Shown piece by piece: positions 1 to 8,636 of a DNA stretch of 45,722 nucleotides (position 1 is its first letter; the number at the start of each line of letters is the position of its first letter). The notes beneath the pieces are model-generated. The model was not told the origin of the DNA and searched no databases. It saw nothing but the letters and a program-made list of their open reading frames with translations. Source of the DNA: Ignavibacteria bacterium (lineage in GTDB: Bacteria; Bacteroidota; Ignavibacteria; UBA10030); NCBI GenBank assembly GCA_041302875.1, contig JBFYQI010000002.1:1-45722 (forward strand). The letters are read 5' to 3'. A program made the translations under genes and the position numbers.

Positions 1-361
1 GATTGTAACCGATCTCATTCACGCGAGCGGACGCCTGCACATAATAATTGATATAGACCGACCTCTTCTCTGCCGCCAGGTAGAGGAGCATCCCTCCGCC
101 TCCGCCGATCCCTGAGCCATCTGGTTCGACGACGCCAATGGTGAATGCGGCTGCCACGGCAGCATCGACAGCGTTTCCACCTCGCTGCAGCATCTCGATC
201 GCCGCTTGCGAGGCCAGCGGATGCGCCGTCGTGGCCATCCCTCTGGTGCCGACAGCGACATCCCCCTTGCCAGCGATGCTCAGCTCTTGGGAGACCGAAG
301 GGCGTGCGAGGAGAGTAAGGGCAACAACAATACCGATGAGAGAACGGACTGCGTGCTTCAT
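1..361 (-). CDS. ggt: gamma-glutamyltransferase, N-terminal part only (gene runs off the left edge of the window)
   Basis: Not in the supplied ORF track because it is open at the window edge. Own translation from ATG at 361..359 gives MKHAVRSLIGIVVALTLLARPSVSQELSIAGKGDVAVGTRGMATTAHPLASQAAIEMLQRGGNAVDAAVAAAFTIGVVEPDGSGIGGGGGMLLYLAAEKRSVYINYY. This is a signal peptide followed by the conserved GGT N-terminal block (AHPLAS...GGNAVDAAVA...EP.SSGIGGGG). GGAG lies 7 nt upstream of the ATG. Confidence 0.75.
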   Translation of the reverse strand, partial: MKHAVRSLIGIVVALTLLARPSVSQELSIAGKGDVAVGTRGMATTAHPLASQAAIEMLQRGGNAVDAAVAAAFTIGVVEPDGSGIGGGGGMLLYLAAEKRSVYINYYVQASARVNEIGYN

Positions 362-396
362 GATGATGCTCCACTGGTCTATGTGGCCGATTCAAT

Positions 397-954
397 TCAC
401 TGGAAGAGCGCTGCGAGCGGCTTGGCCGCATCGGCGATCTTGTCAACGACGTCGATCGGCTTCTTGGCGTCCTTGGCGATGGTGCTGAAGAACCCGTCCT
501 CATCTCCCTGCTTGACGACGATGAGATGGTTCGCCGCTTCCGCCGCCATCTTGCAGAAGTCATCCGATTGTTGTCCGCGCCGCGGCTTGCCGCCAATGTG
601 CATCATCAACACCGGGATCTTCTTCGCCGCTGCCGCTTCGAGCAATTGCTTGATCCGCTTCAGCTCATCCTCGCGACTGATCCCCGCAGCCCCCAATCCC
701 TTCGAACTGAACCCCGGCACGACCACGAGGGTCTTGACGTTGTCGAGGTCGCCAGCCTTCGCCTGCGGTGCAGGTTTGGCAGCCAGATTCGCACGCTTGA
801 ACAGCATGGAGACGAGAGTGACATCCGCGCTCTGTCCGGCGGAGGTGACCAGGACGGGTGTCTCAAACTTCTTCCCCCCTTGTGCCGGTGCGATGCCCGC
901 GATGATCACGAGTGCGAGCAGGACGATTGCAGCTCGTTGGATGATGATATTCAT
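397..954 (-). CDS. secreted conserved hypothetical protein (185 aa)
   Basis: Track ORF 397..1320, trimmed to the internal ATG at 954. From there the sequence is MNIIIQRAAIVLLALVIIAGIAPAQ, a signal peptide. The upstream in-frame part is Arg-rich and overlaps the next gene. I recognise no catalytic motif. Confidence 0.55.
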   Translation of the reverse strand: MNIIIQRAAIVLLALVIIAGIAPAQGGKKFETPVLVTSAGQSADVTLVSMLFKRANLAAKPAPQAKAGDLDNVKTLVVVPGFSSKGLGAAGISREDELKRIKQLLEAAAAKKIPVLMMHIGGKPRRGQQSDDFCKMAAEAANHLIVVKQGDEDGFFSTIAKDAKKPIDVVDKIADAAKPLAALFQ

Positions 955-974
955 GGATCGTTCCCTTTCGTTCG

Positions 975-2123
975 CTATGGTTGTACCGGCGGCGGCGGTT
1001 TCAGGAACGCGCCGACGCCTTGTGATAAGAGTTCTGTGTAGGCGGGGAGACCTTCTAACATCAGCGGCGAATCGGGATACATCTCGTTGTATGCGGATAC
1101 AACCGCCGAAATGCCCGCAAGATGGCGGCCGACGCGCTTGGCAAGCGATTCTCCTTCCGCATCGTACGAAATGCGCATCCTTCCGACTTCCAATGCCGTT
1201 TGATACCGGATGTCCACGCCTCGAAGGATCAAAACGACGTCCGTCGGCCCGCGGAGTCGTCCCTGGATCGGATTGCTCGTCTCCATCAGGATGGGAAGCA
1301 CCGCGTGTCCGTCCCCCCACTCCCGGTGGCTCAGTCCGCGGAAATTCTGCGGCGAGATCTCGAGCGCATATTGCAGTCCCTCGAATTCGAGATTCAGCAC
1401 GGCCATTCCCCCCAGATCGCGCGCCTTCTCGTGAACAACGATCGCATTGATGATCGGGATCTCCGGTGCCGCCTCATGAAGGTCGAACGCCAGCGTCACT
1501 CGCTCGGTTTCCAGCAAGCGCATGATCCCGTTCGCGACCCGTTCCATGATCGAACCGTCCGAACGCCCCGGATAGGAGCGATTGAGATTCCGCGTTTCAT
1601 TCCCCGACAACTGCTGACCCGAAGGCCGGTGCAAATAGACCAACGGATCCGGCCAATGATCGAGAGGGTTCGCCCCGCGCGACCCGAATCGGAAGATCCG
1701 TTCGCCGCTGCTCGTGGGGACGCTGAATCGCTCCGGATATCCTTCGAGCGGTTCCGTTGCAGAGAACCCGCTGAGACACGCTTGGGGGATCACAAACACT
1801 CGGCCCTGAGCGACGCGCAAATTCTCGACCATCACGACCGTGGCAATGAATCCCGCCGGCTCGTTGGGATGCGTCCCGCCGAGAACGAGCATCGTCGGAC
1901 CGGGATTCCTGCTGTCATACAGATAGTACGGTGTGTCGCCGTTCGTTCCCGCAAGGTCCGGTGCATACTCGCTCAGAAGTCCCGTGCGTGAGAGTCCGTC
2001 CGATGGAATGATGAGATCCGGCGTCCGCATGCGGAGAAAGTCGCGAGCTGCGATCCCCGCGAGTATCAGCGCGCCGAACAGAAATCCGATCGCCGTCCAA
2101 TGATGTCGTTGCATGGTCTTCAT
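975..2123 (-). CDS. succinylglutamate desuccinylase/aspartoacylase (AstE/AspA, M14-like) family zinc deacylase with N-terminal TM anchor
   Basis: Track ORF 975..2312, trimmed to ATG at 2123 (MKTMQRHHWTAIGFLFGALILAGIAA, a TM helix). It has LVLGGTHPNEPAG (an HxxE zinc motif) and FDLHEA, typical of the AstE/AspA family. There is a 4-nt ATGA overlap with the upstream small ORF. Confidence 0.75.
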   Translation of the reverse strand: MKTMQRHHWTAIGFLFGALILAGIAARDFLRMRTPDLIIPSDGLSRTGLLSEYAPDLAGTNGDTPYYLYDSRNPGPTMLVLGGTHPNEPAGFIATVVMVENLRVAQGRVFVIPQACLSGFSATEPLEGYPERFSVPTSSGERIFRFGSRGANPLDHWPDPLVYLHRPSGQQLSGNETRNLNRSYPGRSDGSIMERVANGIMRLLETERVTLAFDLHEAAPEIPIINAIVVHEKARDLGGMAVLNLEFEGLQYALEISPQNFRGLSHREWGDGHAVLPILMETSNPIQGRLRGPTDVVLILRGVDIRYQTALEVGRMRISYDAEGESLAKRVGRHLAGISAVVSAYNEMYPDSPLMLEGLPAYTELLSQGVGAFLKPPPPVQP

Positions 2124-2266
2124 TTCACCTGGAGGATCCTGAGCAAGAGCGGAATGACGATGATGGCAAGCGCCAGTTGGAGCCGCCACTGTCGCTCCCG
2201 AACGAGTTCCCGGAACACGAGCGCGAGCACAATGCCCGCGATGACGACATAGATCCAATAGAGCAT
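2120..2266 (-). CDS. small two-helix membrane protein (48 aa), translationally coupled between permease and deacylase
   Basis: Internal ATG of track ORF 2120..2335 gives MLYWIYVVIAGIVLALVFRELVRERQWRLQLALAIIVIPLLLRILQVK. Its ATG overlaps the permease stop (TGATG at 2264-2268) and its stop overlaps the next ATG (ATGA at 2120-2123). Confidence 0.45.
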   Translation of the reverse strand: MLYWIYVVIAGIVLALVFRELVRERQWRLQLALAIIVIPLLLRILQVK

Positions 2267-3549
2267 CAGTACGTGAATCCTTTCGGAACAAGCGCCTCGA
2301 TCTCGGACGCAAAGATGATCATCAACACGCCCCACACAACCGCGGCGAGCGCGATCGGCAAGCTTTCCTTCAGAATTCGATAGTGGTTCTTCTCACCGAC
2401 GAGCTGCGCGGCGAACACACACAGCAAGGCCGGGGGCGGCATCAGATCGCCCACGCCGGCGATCAGGGAGAGTGCCGACGTGACCAGAATCTCGCTGCGG
2501 CCGAGGAAGACATATACGAGCGGAACGCCCAGCACGGACGAAGCGGCATAGGCAGAACCGAACGCCGGCATCATCAGCGCGATTCCCGCATACAACAGCG
2601 AAGGCGGCAACTGCAACGCAGAGACTGCGATCATCCCGCGCGTACCGGTCAACGTCATCATTTGCACGAACATGCCGACGCCGACCAGGATCCCCATCAC
2701 GGGCAACGCACCGCGGATCGCTGCACCCGCAACATCAAGCGGCTTGAATCGTTCCCCGGTTCCGAAACCCGAAAGTGCGCCGAGCATGAAGATGAGCGGC
2801 ATGCCGATATCGGGAACATACTGCGGAATCAATCGAATGGCGGCCATCAACCCGACGACAACCGCGATCGGGATGAAGAGCTTGACACCGTGTTTGCCAT
2901 GAACCGGGGCCGGGAGCTTCGCGAGCACCGCATCGCGGTCGATCGCGTGGACATAGCGGAGCCGGAAATACACCGCCATGCCGATCGCCAGCGGGACCGT
3001 CAGAATGAGCAGCGGAATCTCGAAGCCAATGAACGGCATATCCACCCCGCCGCCGATGATCATCACCGGGATGTTGATGGGGGGAGCAATCATCCCGAAC
3101 ACGGCAGCCATGGCGATGAACGAACCGACGGCGACCGCCGGGATCCCCATCGCCAGCAAGGCTGGAGTGACCAGCGCTCCGGTGGTGAGGATGCACGCGG
3201 AAGAGAGACCCGTCAGCATCCCGGGGAACATTACGAAGAAGACCATCACGATCATCAGCATCGTCGGCGAACGATGGAGGACGTGGATCATCCCGTAGCT
3301 GATGGTGCTCAGCGCGCCGGTTGCTTCGATGACCTTCATGAAGATCATGGCGGTTGCGATGATCAGAACGGCGTCGAGGTACCCAAAGGACCCTTCAACC
3401 AGATGGCGCACCGGGATGCCGTACCCACCGATCAACGCCCCCACGACGGACGCGAGCCCGAGCGCGACGCCGGACGGGAGCTTCCACCAAAAGACGCTTC
3501 CGGCGAAGGTTGCGAGCATGGCAAGGAGGATGATCAGTTCAATTTGCAT
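2266..3549 (-). CDS. DctM-like (TRAP large-permease / ion-transporter superfamily) permease, 427 aa
   Basis: Polytopic membrane protein. The block LTGLSSACILTTGALVTPALLAMGIPAVAVGSFIAMAAVFGMIAPPINIP resembles the DctM signature (SGSS.A...G....P.M...GY...A......G..G.IIPPS). No DctP or DctQ gene is recognisable nearby. Confidence 0.7.
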   Translation of the reverse strand: MQIELIILLAMLATFAGSVFWWKLPSGVALGLASVVGALIGGYGIPVRHLVEGSFGYLDAVLIIATAMIFMKVIEATGALSTISYGMIHVLHRSPTMLMIVMVFFVMFPGMLTGLSSACILTTGALVTPALLAMGIPAVAVGSFIAMAAVFGMIAPPINIPVMIIGGGVDMPFIGFEIPLLILTVPLAIGMAVYFRLRYVHAIDRDAVLAKLPAPVHGKHGVKLFIPIAVVVGLMAAIRLIPQYVPDIGMPLIFMLGALSGFGTGERFKPLDVAGAAIRGALPVMGILVGVGMFVQMMTLTGTRGMIAVSALQLPPSLLYAGIALMMPAFGSAYAASSVLGVPLVYVFLGRSEILVTSALSLIAGVGDLMPPPALLCVFAAQLVGEKNHYRILKESLPIALAAVVWGVLMIIFASEIEALVPKGFTY

Positions 3550-4441
3550 GGTCGATCCGCAACAATTCCGGCGTGTTCAAGGCAAGGAACTCCAGGATCG
3601 CATCGGCAAGCTTCGGCGCCAGCTCTTCACGCGCCTCTTGCGTCGTCCGCACCGTCTCCGGCAGCTCGATCTGGAATCCGAAGATGTTGAGCCCGTCATC
3701 GGCGGTGTGCCGGCGCGTGGAATACCCGCCCGCATAGAAGGTCTGATCATTCGGCTTGGGGTCTTCGGGAGACGGCGTCGCGGCGATCCCGCGCTTCGTC
3801 AACAGCGCGCCGAATCCGATGCTGTCGCGCAAGAGACGGGAATGTGCTGTTCCCTTGAGACGGATCAGATGCCACAGCGAGGAGACATCCGGGTACGGGA
3901 TATCGTCCAACACCGCGTCGTCGTTCGCCAGATCATCCGATGTGAGATTGTATCCGAGTTCCACGCGCGGGAGCTTGTTCGCGTGTCCGTGGAGATCAAT
4001 ATAGAGTCCGGTCCCGAATGTCGCCGAAACCGCTGCACGCGCAGAGTCGATGAATCCGTGATACTCTCTCCACGCCGTCTCCGTGAGCGGAGTCCCCTGC
4101 GCCGCCTCTCCGATATCGCGGTTCGGGTCCAGCTTGCGCCGCTTGAGACGGTTGATGATCACATGCGGGCGATTCCCCGTTCGCGCGTGCATCTCATCCG
4201 AGATCATCCGGGCAAGCTCCAGCGTCCCGAGGTCTGTGTAGAACACGCCGCGAGGCCGGTCGGGGAGAAGCTTCGGCGTCTCAAGTCCACCATGCGGCGC
4301 AGAAATGACGATGGGGAGAGTGCCGGGGATGTACTCAACGAACCGTCCCGTACCCCACTGTGTCTCTTGCGCCGCGAGGACGCCGACCCCGAACACCAAC
4401 ACAAGGGACAGGAATGCGATCGTCAACCGTTCTTTGATCAT
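3539..4441 (-). CDS. exported N-formylglutamate amidohydrolase (FGase) family zinc hydrolase, paralog 1
   Basis: Track ORF 3539..4471, trimmed to ATG at 4441 (MIKERLTIAFLSLVLVFGVGVLAAQ, a signal peptide). Motifs are ISAPHGG, INRLKRRKLDPNRD and YIDLHGH. It overlaps the permease start by 11 nt. Confidence 0.7.
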   Translation of the reverse strand: MIKERLTIAFLSLVLVFGVGVLAAQETQWGTGRFVEYIPGTLPIVISAPHGGLETPKLLPDRPRGVFYTDLGTLELARMISDEMHARTGNRPHVIINRLKRRKLDPNRDIGEAAQGTPLTETAWREYHGFIDSARAAVSATFGTGLYIDLHGHANKLPRVELGYNLTSDDLANDDAVLDDIPYPDVSSLWHLIRLKGTAHSRLLRDSIGFGALLTKRGIAATPSPEDPKPNDQTFYAGGYSTRRHTADDGLNIFGFQIELPETVRTTQEAREELAPKLADAILEFLALNTPELLRIDHAN

Positions 4442-4452
4442 GGGGATTCGCG

Positions 4453-5739
4453 TTAGAATGAAAGCTGCCATTCGAGCATCAGGCTGTTGATGGAGATCCG
4501 GTCCTCACTGGAGGTGATGGACCCGCCCCCGTCCAGATCACGGTCCGCATCGTTCGGCATGACGCGGGAGAACCGGAGCTGCAGCTGGGACTGCGTCGAC
4601 AGCGCATAGTAGATGCGCGCGGAAACCTCGTCGTCCATGCTGTTGATCCCGTCGTTGTCGACGTATTCCCCCACCTTCACATATTGAACCTGGAACCGTA
4701 TCTTCGGCAACGCGCGCGGGATGACGTAGAAACGCGTGTACCAAATGCGGCTTCCTTCCGCAACGAGAGAGTTGTGCGGATAATCCCCGCCGATCTCGCC
4801 GTCCACATAGCCTGCGCGTGATCCCCAGTACCAGCTCGGATGCGGCGGACTGAACTGCTCGATGTTCGTCGTGGACGCGTCGTCCCCTTCATACGCCGCG
4901 TAGCGGGTCTCCACCTTGATCGAGCGGAACGGCCCCATCCCCCAACGATAACTGATCCCGGCCATGTATCCGATCCCGCCTTTTTCAGGGAATCCCGGCG
5001 GCTGCTTGAACTGCTGATACGCTCCTTCGGCAAAGTAGGTCAGATCCTTGAATGCCACCTCGCCGTTCGCTCCCACGCCCGCGACGTACGTGTCGTTGTA
5101 CGTCCCTCGCGGACGCTGGAGGATGCCATAGGCCATCACGCTCTGGTTCATGATCATCGTACCTATTCGCGCCGCATAAATCTGATCCGAGCCCGGATCG
5201 GGATACAAACCGCTGGGACTCAGATTTTGACCGGTGATAGCGCCGAATAGCGACAAGGTGAAAGGATCGTAGAGGAAGTCGAGACGCAGACCGTCGAACT
5301 TGTTCAGCATGTAGTAGGATTCACCCCATGAGAGGCCATTCCCGATGGGAAATTGCTGGCGGCCAAGCCGCATGCGTACGACGTCGAAGAAGAAAAAGTC
5401 AGGCTCGGTGATCTCAGCGTACAGTTGACTGATGCCGAATCGCATCGGCCCCGTTCCGGCGATGTTGCGAACCGGTTGACCGGGGTTGTCAATGAGGGAG
5501 ATCAATTCCGTCGCAAAAACGGTATTCTCGCCCGCCTTCGTCTTCGCCCGGATGCGCGCAAGATAGCGCATGTAGTTCTCTTTTGCCCGGCTGTCCGCCG
5601 CCTCCTGAAACGAATCGCTGTACCATCGGACGCGGAAGTCCCCTTCCATCGAGAACTGCGCCGATGCCAGTGTCGGTCCGATCAGCCATGCGATCAGAAG
5701 GAAGACGAAGCGGCGTGTGGTGACCTTATCGCGGTTCAT
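4453..5739 (-). CDS. outer-membrane beta-barrel (porin-like) protein
   Basis: Signal peptide (FVFLLIAWLIGPTLASAQ). The sequence has alternating amphipathic strands rich in Y/G/R and ends in ...LMLEWQLSF, a C-terminal aromatic typical of OM barrels. The start is either ATG at 5739 or TTG at 5751; the TTG would give a TTGA overlap with the upstream stop. Confidence 0.65.
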   Translation of the reverse strand: MNRDKVTTRRFVFLLIAWLIGPTLASAQFSMEGDFRVRWYSDSFQEAADSRAKENYMRYLARIRAKTKAGENTVFATELISLIDNPGQPVRNIAGTGPMRFGISQLYAEITEPDFFFFDVVRMRLGRQQFPIGNGLSWGESYYMLNKFDGLRLDFLYDPFTLSLFGAITGQNLSPSGLYPDPGSDQIYAARIGTMIMNQSVMAYGILQRPRGTYNDTYVAGVGANGEVAFKDLTYFAEGAYQQFKQPPGFPEKGGIGYMAGISYRWGMGPFRSIKVETRYAAYEGDDASTTNIEQFSPPHPSWYWGSRAGYVDGEIGGDYPHNSLVAEGSRIWYTRFYVIPRALPKIRFQVQYVKVGEYVDNDGINSMDDEVSARIYYALSTQSQLQLRFSRVMPNDADRDLDGGGSITSSEDRISINSLMLEWQLSF

Positions 5740-5747
5740 GTGTGCAC

Positions 5748-7589
5748 TCAATTTGGTGTGTAGACAAGTCCGGTAAGCTGTGCATTCCCGATATTCGGAC
5801 CAGAGAAATATTGGAGCACGATCCCTGTCGGCGTCATCCGAAATACATGGTCGAAGTTGCCCGTGCTATTCGCGATCCAGAAATTGCTTCCGTCCCACGT
5901 GAGCCCGGTCGCAAATCGGTTGGATGTTGTTCCGCCCGGAGGCGTCGGCGTCGCGAACACGCCTGCCCACGTTGCGTTGGCGGGATTGTATGCGAACACA
6001 CTGTCGAGGGATGTGTCGTTGCAGTAGAGAGTTCCCGCGACGATCGCAATTCCACGCGGCTCGGCTCCCGGCGTGTTGACAGAATCCAGGATGGCTCCGG
6101 TCGTCGGATTCAGTTTGTAGATTCTTGCACTCCCGCTTCCGCTCACCGCCAGCCAGAGCGATCCGGAATCCCAAACGATGCCGCGCAGGGTTCCTGCAGT
6201 CGGCGGCGTGGAGAGCACGTTGAGCGCTGTGAGGGTTCCGGTGGTGTCTAGCTTGTACAATCGCTTGTCCGTTCCCGATGCGCAGAGCCAGAGATTCGTT
6301 CCGTCGAATGCGATGCCCTGCGGGCTTCCGGAGGACACACTCGTCGTCGGCCACGATTTGACGAGCAACGTATCCGCCGCACGTATCTTGTGGATCACAT
6401 ACCCGCCGCTCTGCTGGTCGGCAAGATACAGATGTCCGGCGAGCGGCGGCACCGGTGTCACCGCGAACGCCGTATCCGCGATAAGCACACGCCCATCGCC
6501 GTTGGTCAGGGTGACATTCCGTTTCGCGTATTCGGCATCGCTGGCGACGCTGATGTCGCAGCGCAATTGACCTGCGGTCAAGAACTGAGTCGCGATCGTC
6601 GAGATCCCCGCTCCGAAATCGACAGCAAGGGAGGGGCCGGGACGGAATCCTGTGCCGTACATGTCCACTTGAACATTGACGCCGCGCATCGCCGAATTCG
6701 GGACGATCGCCGTGAGGGTCAAGGGGATGGCCGTTCGCACATCCTGTGATGTCCAAGCGATCGGCCCCGGCTGACCGAACGGAAGATCCAGACGCTGTTC
6801 TTCTCTGCCGTTGTAGGAAAGCTTGTGCAAATGGTCTGCTGTGTTGCTGCTGTTCACTACCCAGAAATTCTTGCCATCGAACGTAATGCCGACCGGATAG
6901 ATGTAGGAAGTTCCCCGCGGAGGGATCGGCGCGGCGAACGCAGTATCGAATTGCGAGCGTTCAGTCCGGAATTTGTAGATTCGGTTCGTCGTGACATCTG
7001 TATAATAGAGTCCGACCTCTGCGCCGCGACCGTACGCATCGCCATTGGGTCCGACGTATGTCAGACCGCGCGGTTCTGGAGACGGGAGCACGAACTGGGC
7101 CAGGATCGAACCGTCTGCAGGATTGAGCTTGTACAGCGTCGGCGGCGTTTGGTAGGTGGACGATCCGCTGTTCAGGCTCCACAGACTCGAACCATCCCAT
7201 GCGAGGTCGCGCGTCGTCCCCTGCCTGCTCGGAGGAGCATCGAACACGTTGACCGCAACGATCGAATCTCCTCCCGCGTCCAGTTGATAGATCCGGTCAG
7301 CGTTGCCCGCGACGGAGACCCAGAGGTACGTCCCATCGAACGCGATCCCTTGCAGGCTCTCATCGTTTGTGATCGGCCGGGGATCCCAACGACGCAGCTC
7401 GCGCATCTGCGCGTCGAACTGGATGATGGAAACGGAGGCACGGTCGAGGAAGTAGAAGTATCCTCCCGCGGGCTGGAAGAGGTTTCCGGGTCCTTCGTCC
7501 AACTCCAGCACATTACAAGAGATGAGCATGGCCGCAACGGATGCCGCGACGATGAGCCCAACAAAGGAAAGTCGATGGATGGGTTTCAT
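5748..7589 (-). CDS. lipoprotein with two beta-propeller-like repeat regions separated by an IPT/TIG-like Ig domain
   Basis: Lipobox AAMLISC. A blade motif recurs: GIAFDGTYLWVS, DLAWDGSSLWSL, GITFDGKNFWVV, GIAFDGTNLWLC, GIVWDSGSLWLA, GLTWDGSNFWIA. The central stretch LTLTAIVPNSAMRGVNVQVDMYGTGF...VTLTNGDG looks IPT/TIG-like. Confidence 0.65.
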   Translation of the reverse strand: MKPIHRLSFVGLIVAASVAAMLISCNVLELDEGPGNLFQPAGGYFYFLDRASVSIIQFDAQMRELRRWDPRPITNDESLQGIAFDGTYLWVSVAGNADRIYQLDAGGDSIVAVNVFDAPPSRQGTTRDLAWDGSSLWSLNSGSSTYQTPPTLYKLNPADGSILAQFVLPSPEPRGLTYVGPNGDAYGRGAEVGLYYTDVTTNRIYKFRTERSQFDTAFAAPIPPRGTSYIYPVGITFDGKNFWVVNSSNTADHLHKLSYNGREEQRLDLPFGQPGPIAWTSQDVRTAIPLTLTAIVPNSAMRGVNVQVDMYGTGFRPGPSLAVDFGAGISTIATQFLTAGQLRCDISVASDAEYAKRNVTLTNGDGRVLIADTAFAVTPVPPLAGHLYLADQQSGGYVIHKIRAADTLLVKSWPTTSVSSGSPQGIAFDGTNLWLCASGTDKRLYKLDTTGTLTALNVLSTPPTAGTLRGIVWDSGSLWLAVSGSGSARIYKLNPTTGAILDSVNTPGAEPRGIAIVAGTLYCNDTSLDSVFAYNPANATWAGVFATPTPPGGTTSNRFATGLTWDGSNFWIANSTGNFDHVFRMTPTGIVLQYFSGPNIGNAQLTGLVYTPN

Positions 7590-7601
7590 GGGGTTCAGGA
7601 A

Positions 7602-8630
7602 TTATGGACCGTTCTTGATGCCAAACAGATCTGGCGTGTGTTCATACATTCGAAGTGCGTTCGCACTGCCGCATGATTTCGCTTCAACAAGCCGCGCGAT
7701 CGCTGTGATCTCTGCATCCGAAAACTTCACTTTCGAGAGCACGCGTTGTGTCACCTTCGCGGTCGAGAACCGCGCCCCGCATCCCGCGGGAAAGAGGACA
7801 TCCGCCATTCGCTCATTCGGATCGAGGATCTCCACATCGCTTCCGGTCGAGGACCGCATCGCCTCAGCGAAACGGTCGGCGACATATCCATAGTGTGTAC
7901 AACAAAGCCCGACGAGCGTTTTCATGGTCTTGCGTAACATCGCCCCTGCCGCTTCTGCCACATACAGATCGATCATCGTCTTCGCGACGTCGCCATCCGG
8001 ATCGCTCTGGATCTCTCCGGCCAAGTCGGGACACGCCTGCACCGTCATTCGGTCTTCGGCAAGACCCTCTGCACGGAGGCCGGCGCGATGCGAGTCTTCA
8101 CCAATGGTCGTCTCTGTTCCGAATAGAACGATGGTTGCGTCCTTCTCCTGGCGAAGGCGTTCTGCCATGAACTTCACGCCGATGTCCACAATGCCGACGA
8201 CTGGGATATCAGCCGTCCGCGCGAATGCCGTATGCGGATACACGACCGAGAGCGTGTTGCATGCGATCAGGATCGCGTCCGGATGGATCTTCGCGACCAT
8301 CCCGCGCAAGGCCTCAGAGAACACCGCCGCCTTTTCGTTCATCGACGGCATCGTGTTATATCCTCGTGCGGCGTCGGGAAGCGCGTTGGCGAAGACCAGG
8401 TCGATCGAACGGTAGCATGAAGTACGCCGTGCACGATGATCGATGTCCGCGCTCACCGAAAGACCGCCAAGACCGGAATCGATCACAAGGACGGTGATGG
8501 AATCCTTCCCGCGCAGGGCTGCAAGTCGTTGCTCCTGTTCACCCGAGGGCATGGCCACGGCTACGCCGCTGACCAGGACGAGCAGAATTCCGCACCATCC
8601 GATGTGCACGAAACACTTCCGTCGCTTCAT
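7602..8630 (-). CDS. Asp/Glu racemase family protein, glutamate racemase (MurI)-like, with N-terminal signal/anchor sequence
   Basis: VLVIDSGLGGLSV (MurI: DSGVGGLSV), and both catalytic Cys motifs IACNTLS and GLCCTHYGY (MurI: ACNTAS / GCTHYP). The N-terminus MKRRKCFVHIGWCGILLVLVSGVAVA is hydrophobic and signal-like. Confidence 0.75.
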   Translation of the reverse strand: MKRRKCFVHIGWCGILLVLVSGVAVAMPSGEQEQRLAALRGKDSITVLVIDSGLGGLSVSADIDHRARRTSCYRSIDLVFANALPDAARGYNTMPSMNEKAAVFSEALRGMVAKIHPDAILIACNTLSVVYPHTAFARTADIPVVGIVDIGVKFMAERLRQEKDATIVLFGTETTIGEDSHRAGLRAEGLAEDRMTVQACPDLAGEIQSDPDGDVAKTMIDLYVAEAAGAMLRKTMKTLVGLCCTHYGYVADRFAEAMRSSTGSDVEILDPNERMADVLFPAGCGARFSTAKVTQRVLSKVKFSDAEITAIARLVEAKSCGSANALRMYEHTPDLFGIKNGP

Positions 8631-8636
8631 GAATCC

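Noticed and set aside
206-1450. 414-aa plus-strand ORF overlapping the GGT, DUF and deacylase genes
   Set aside because: It is antisense to three well-supported minus-strand genes. Its composition is Arg/Ala/Ser-rich and low-complexity, and it has no motif. This is a typical shadow ORF in GC-rich DNA. The same applies to 15..596 (-) and 138..488 (+).
2383-3690. 435-aa plus-strand ORF, extremely rich in His/Arg/Asp/Glu
   Set aside because: It is the exact antisense of the DctM-like permease. Its composition is biologically implausible (runs such as HHRDVDGGSNHPEHGSHGDERTDGDRRD).
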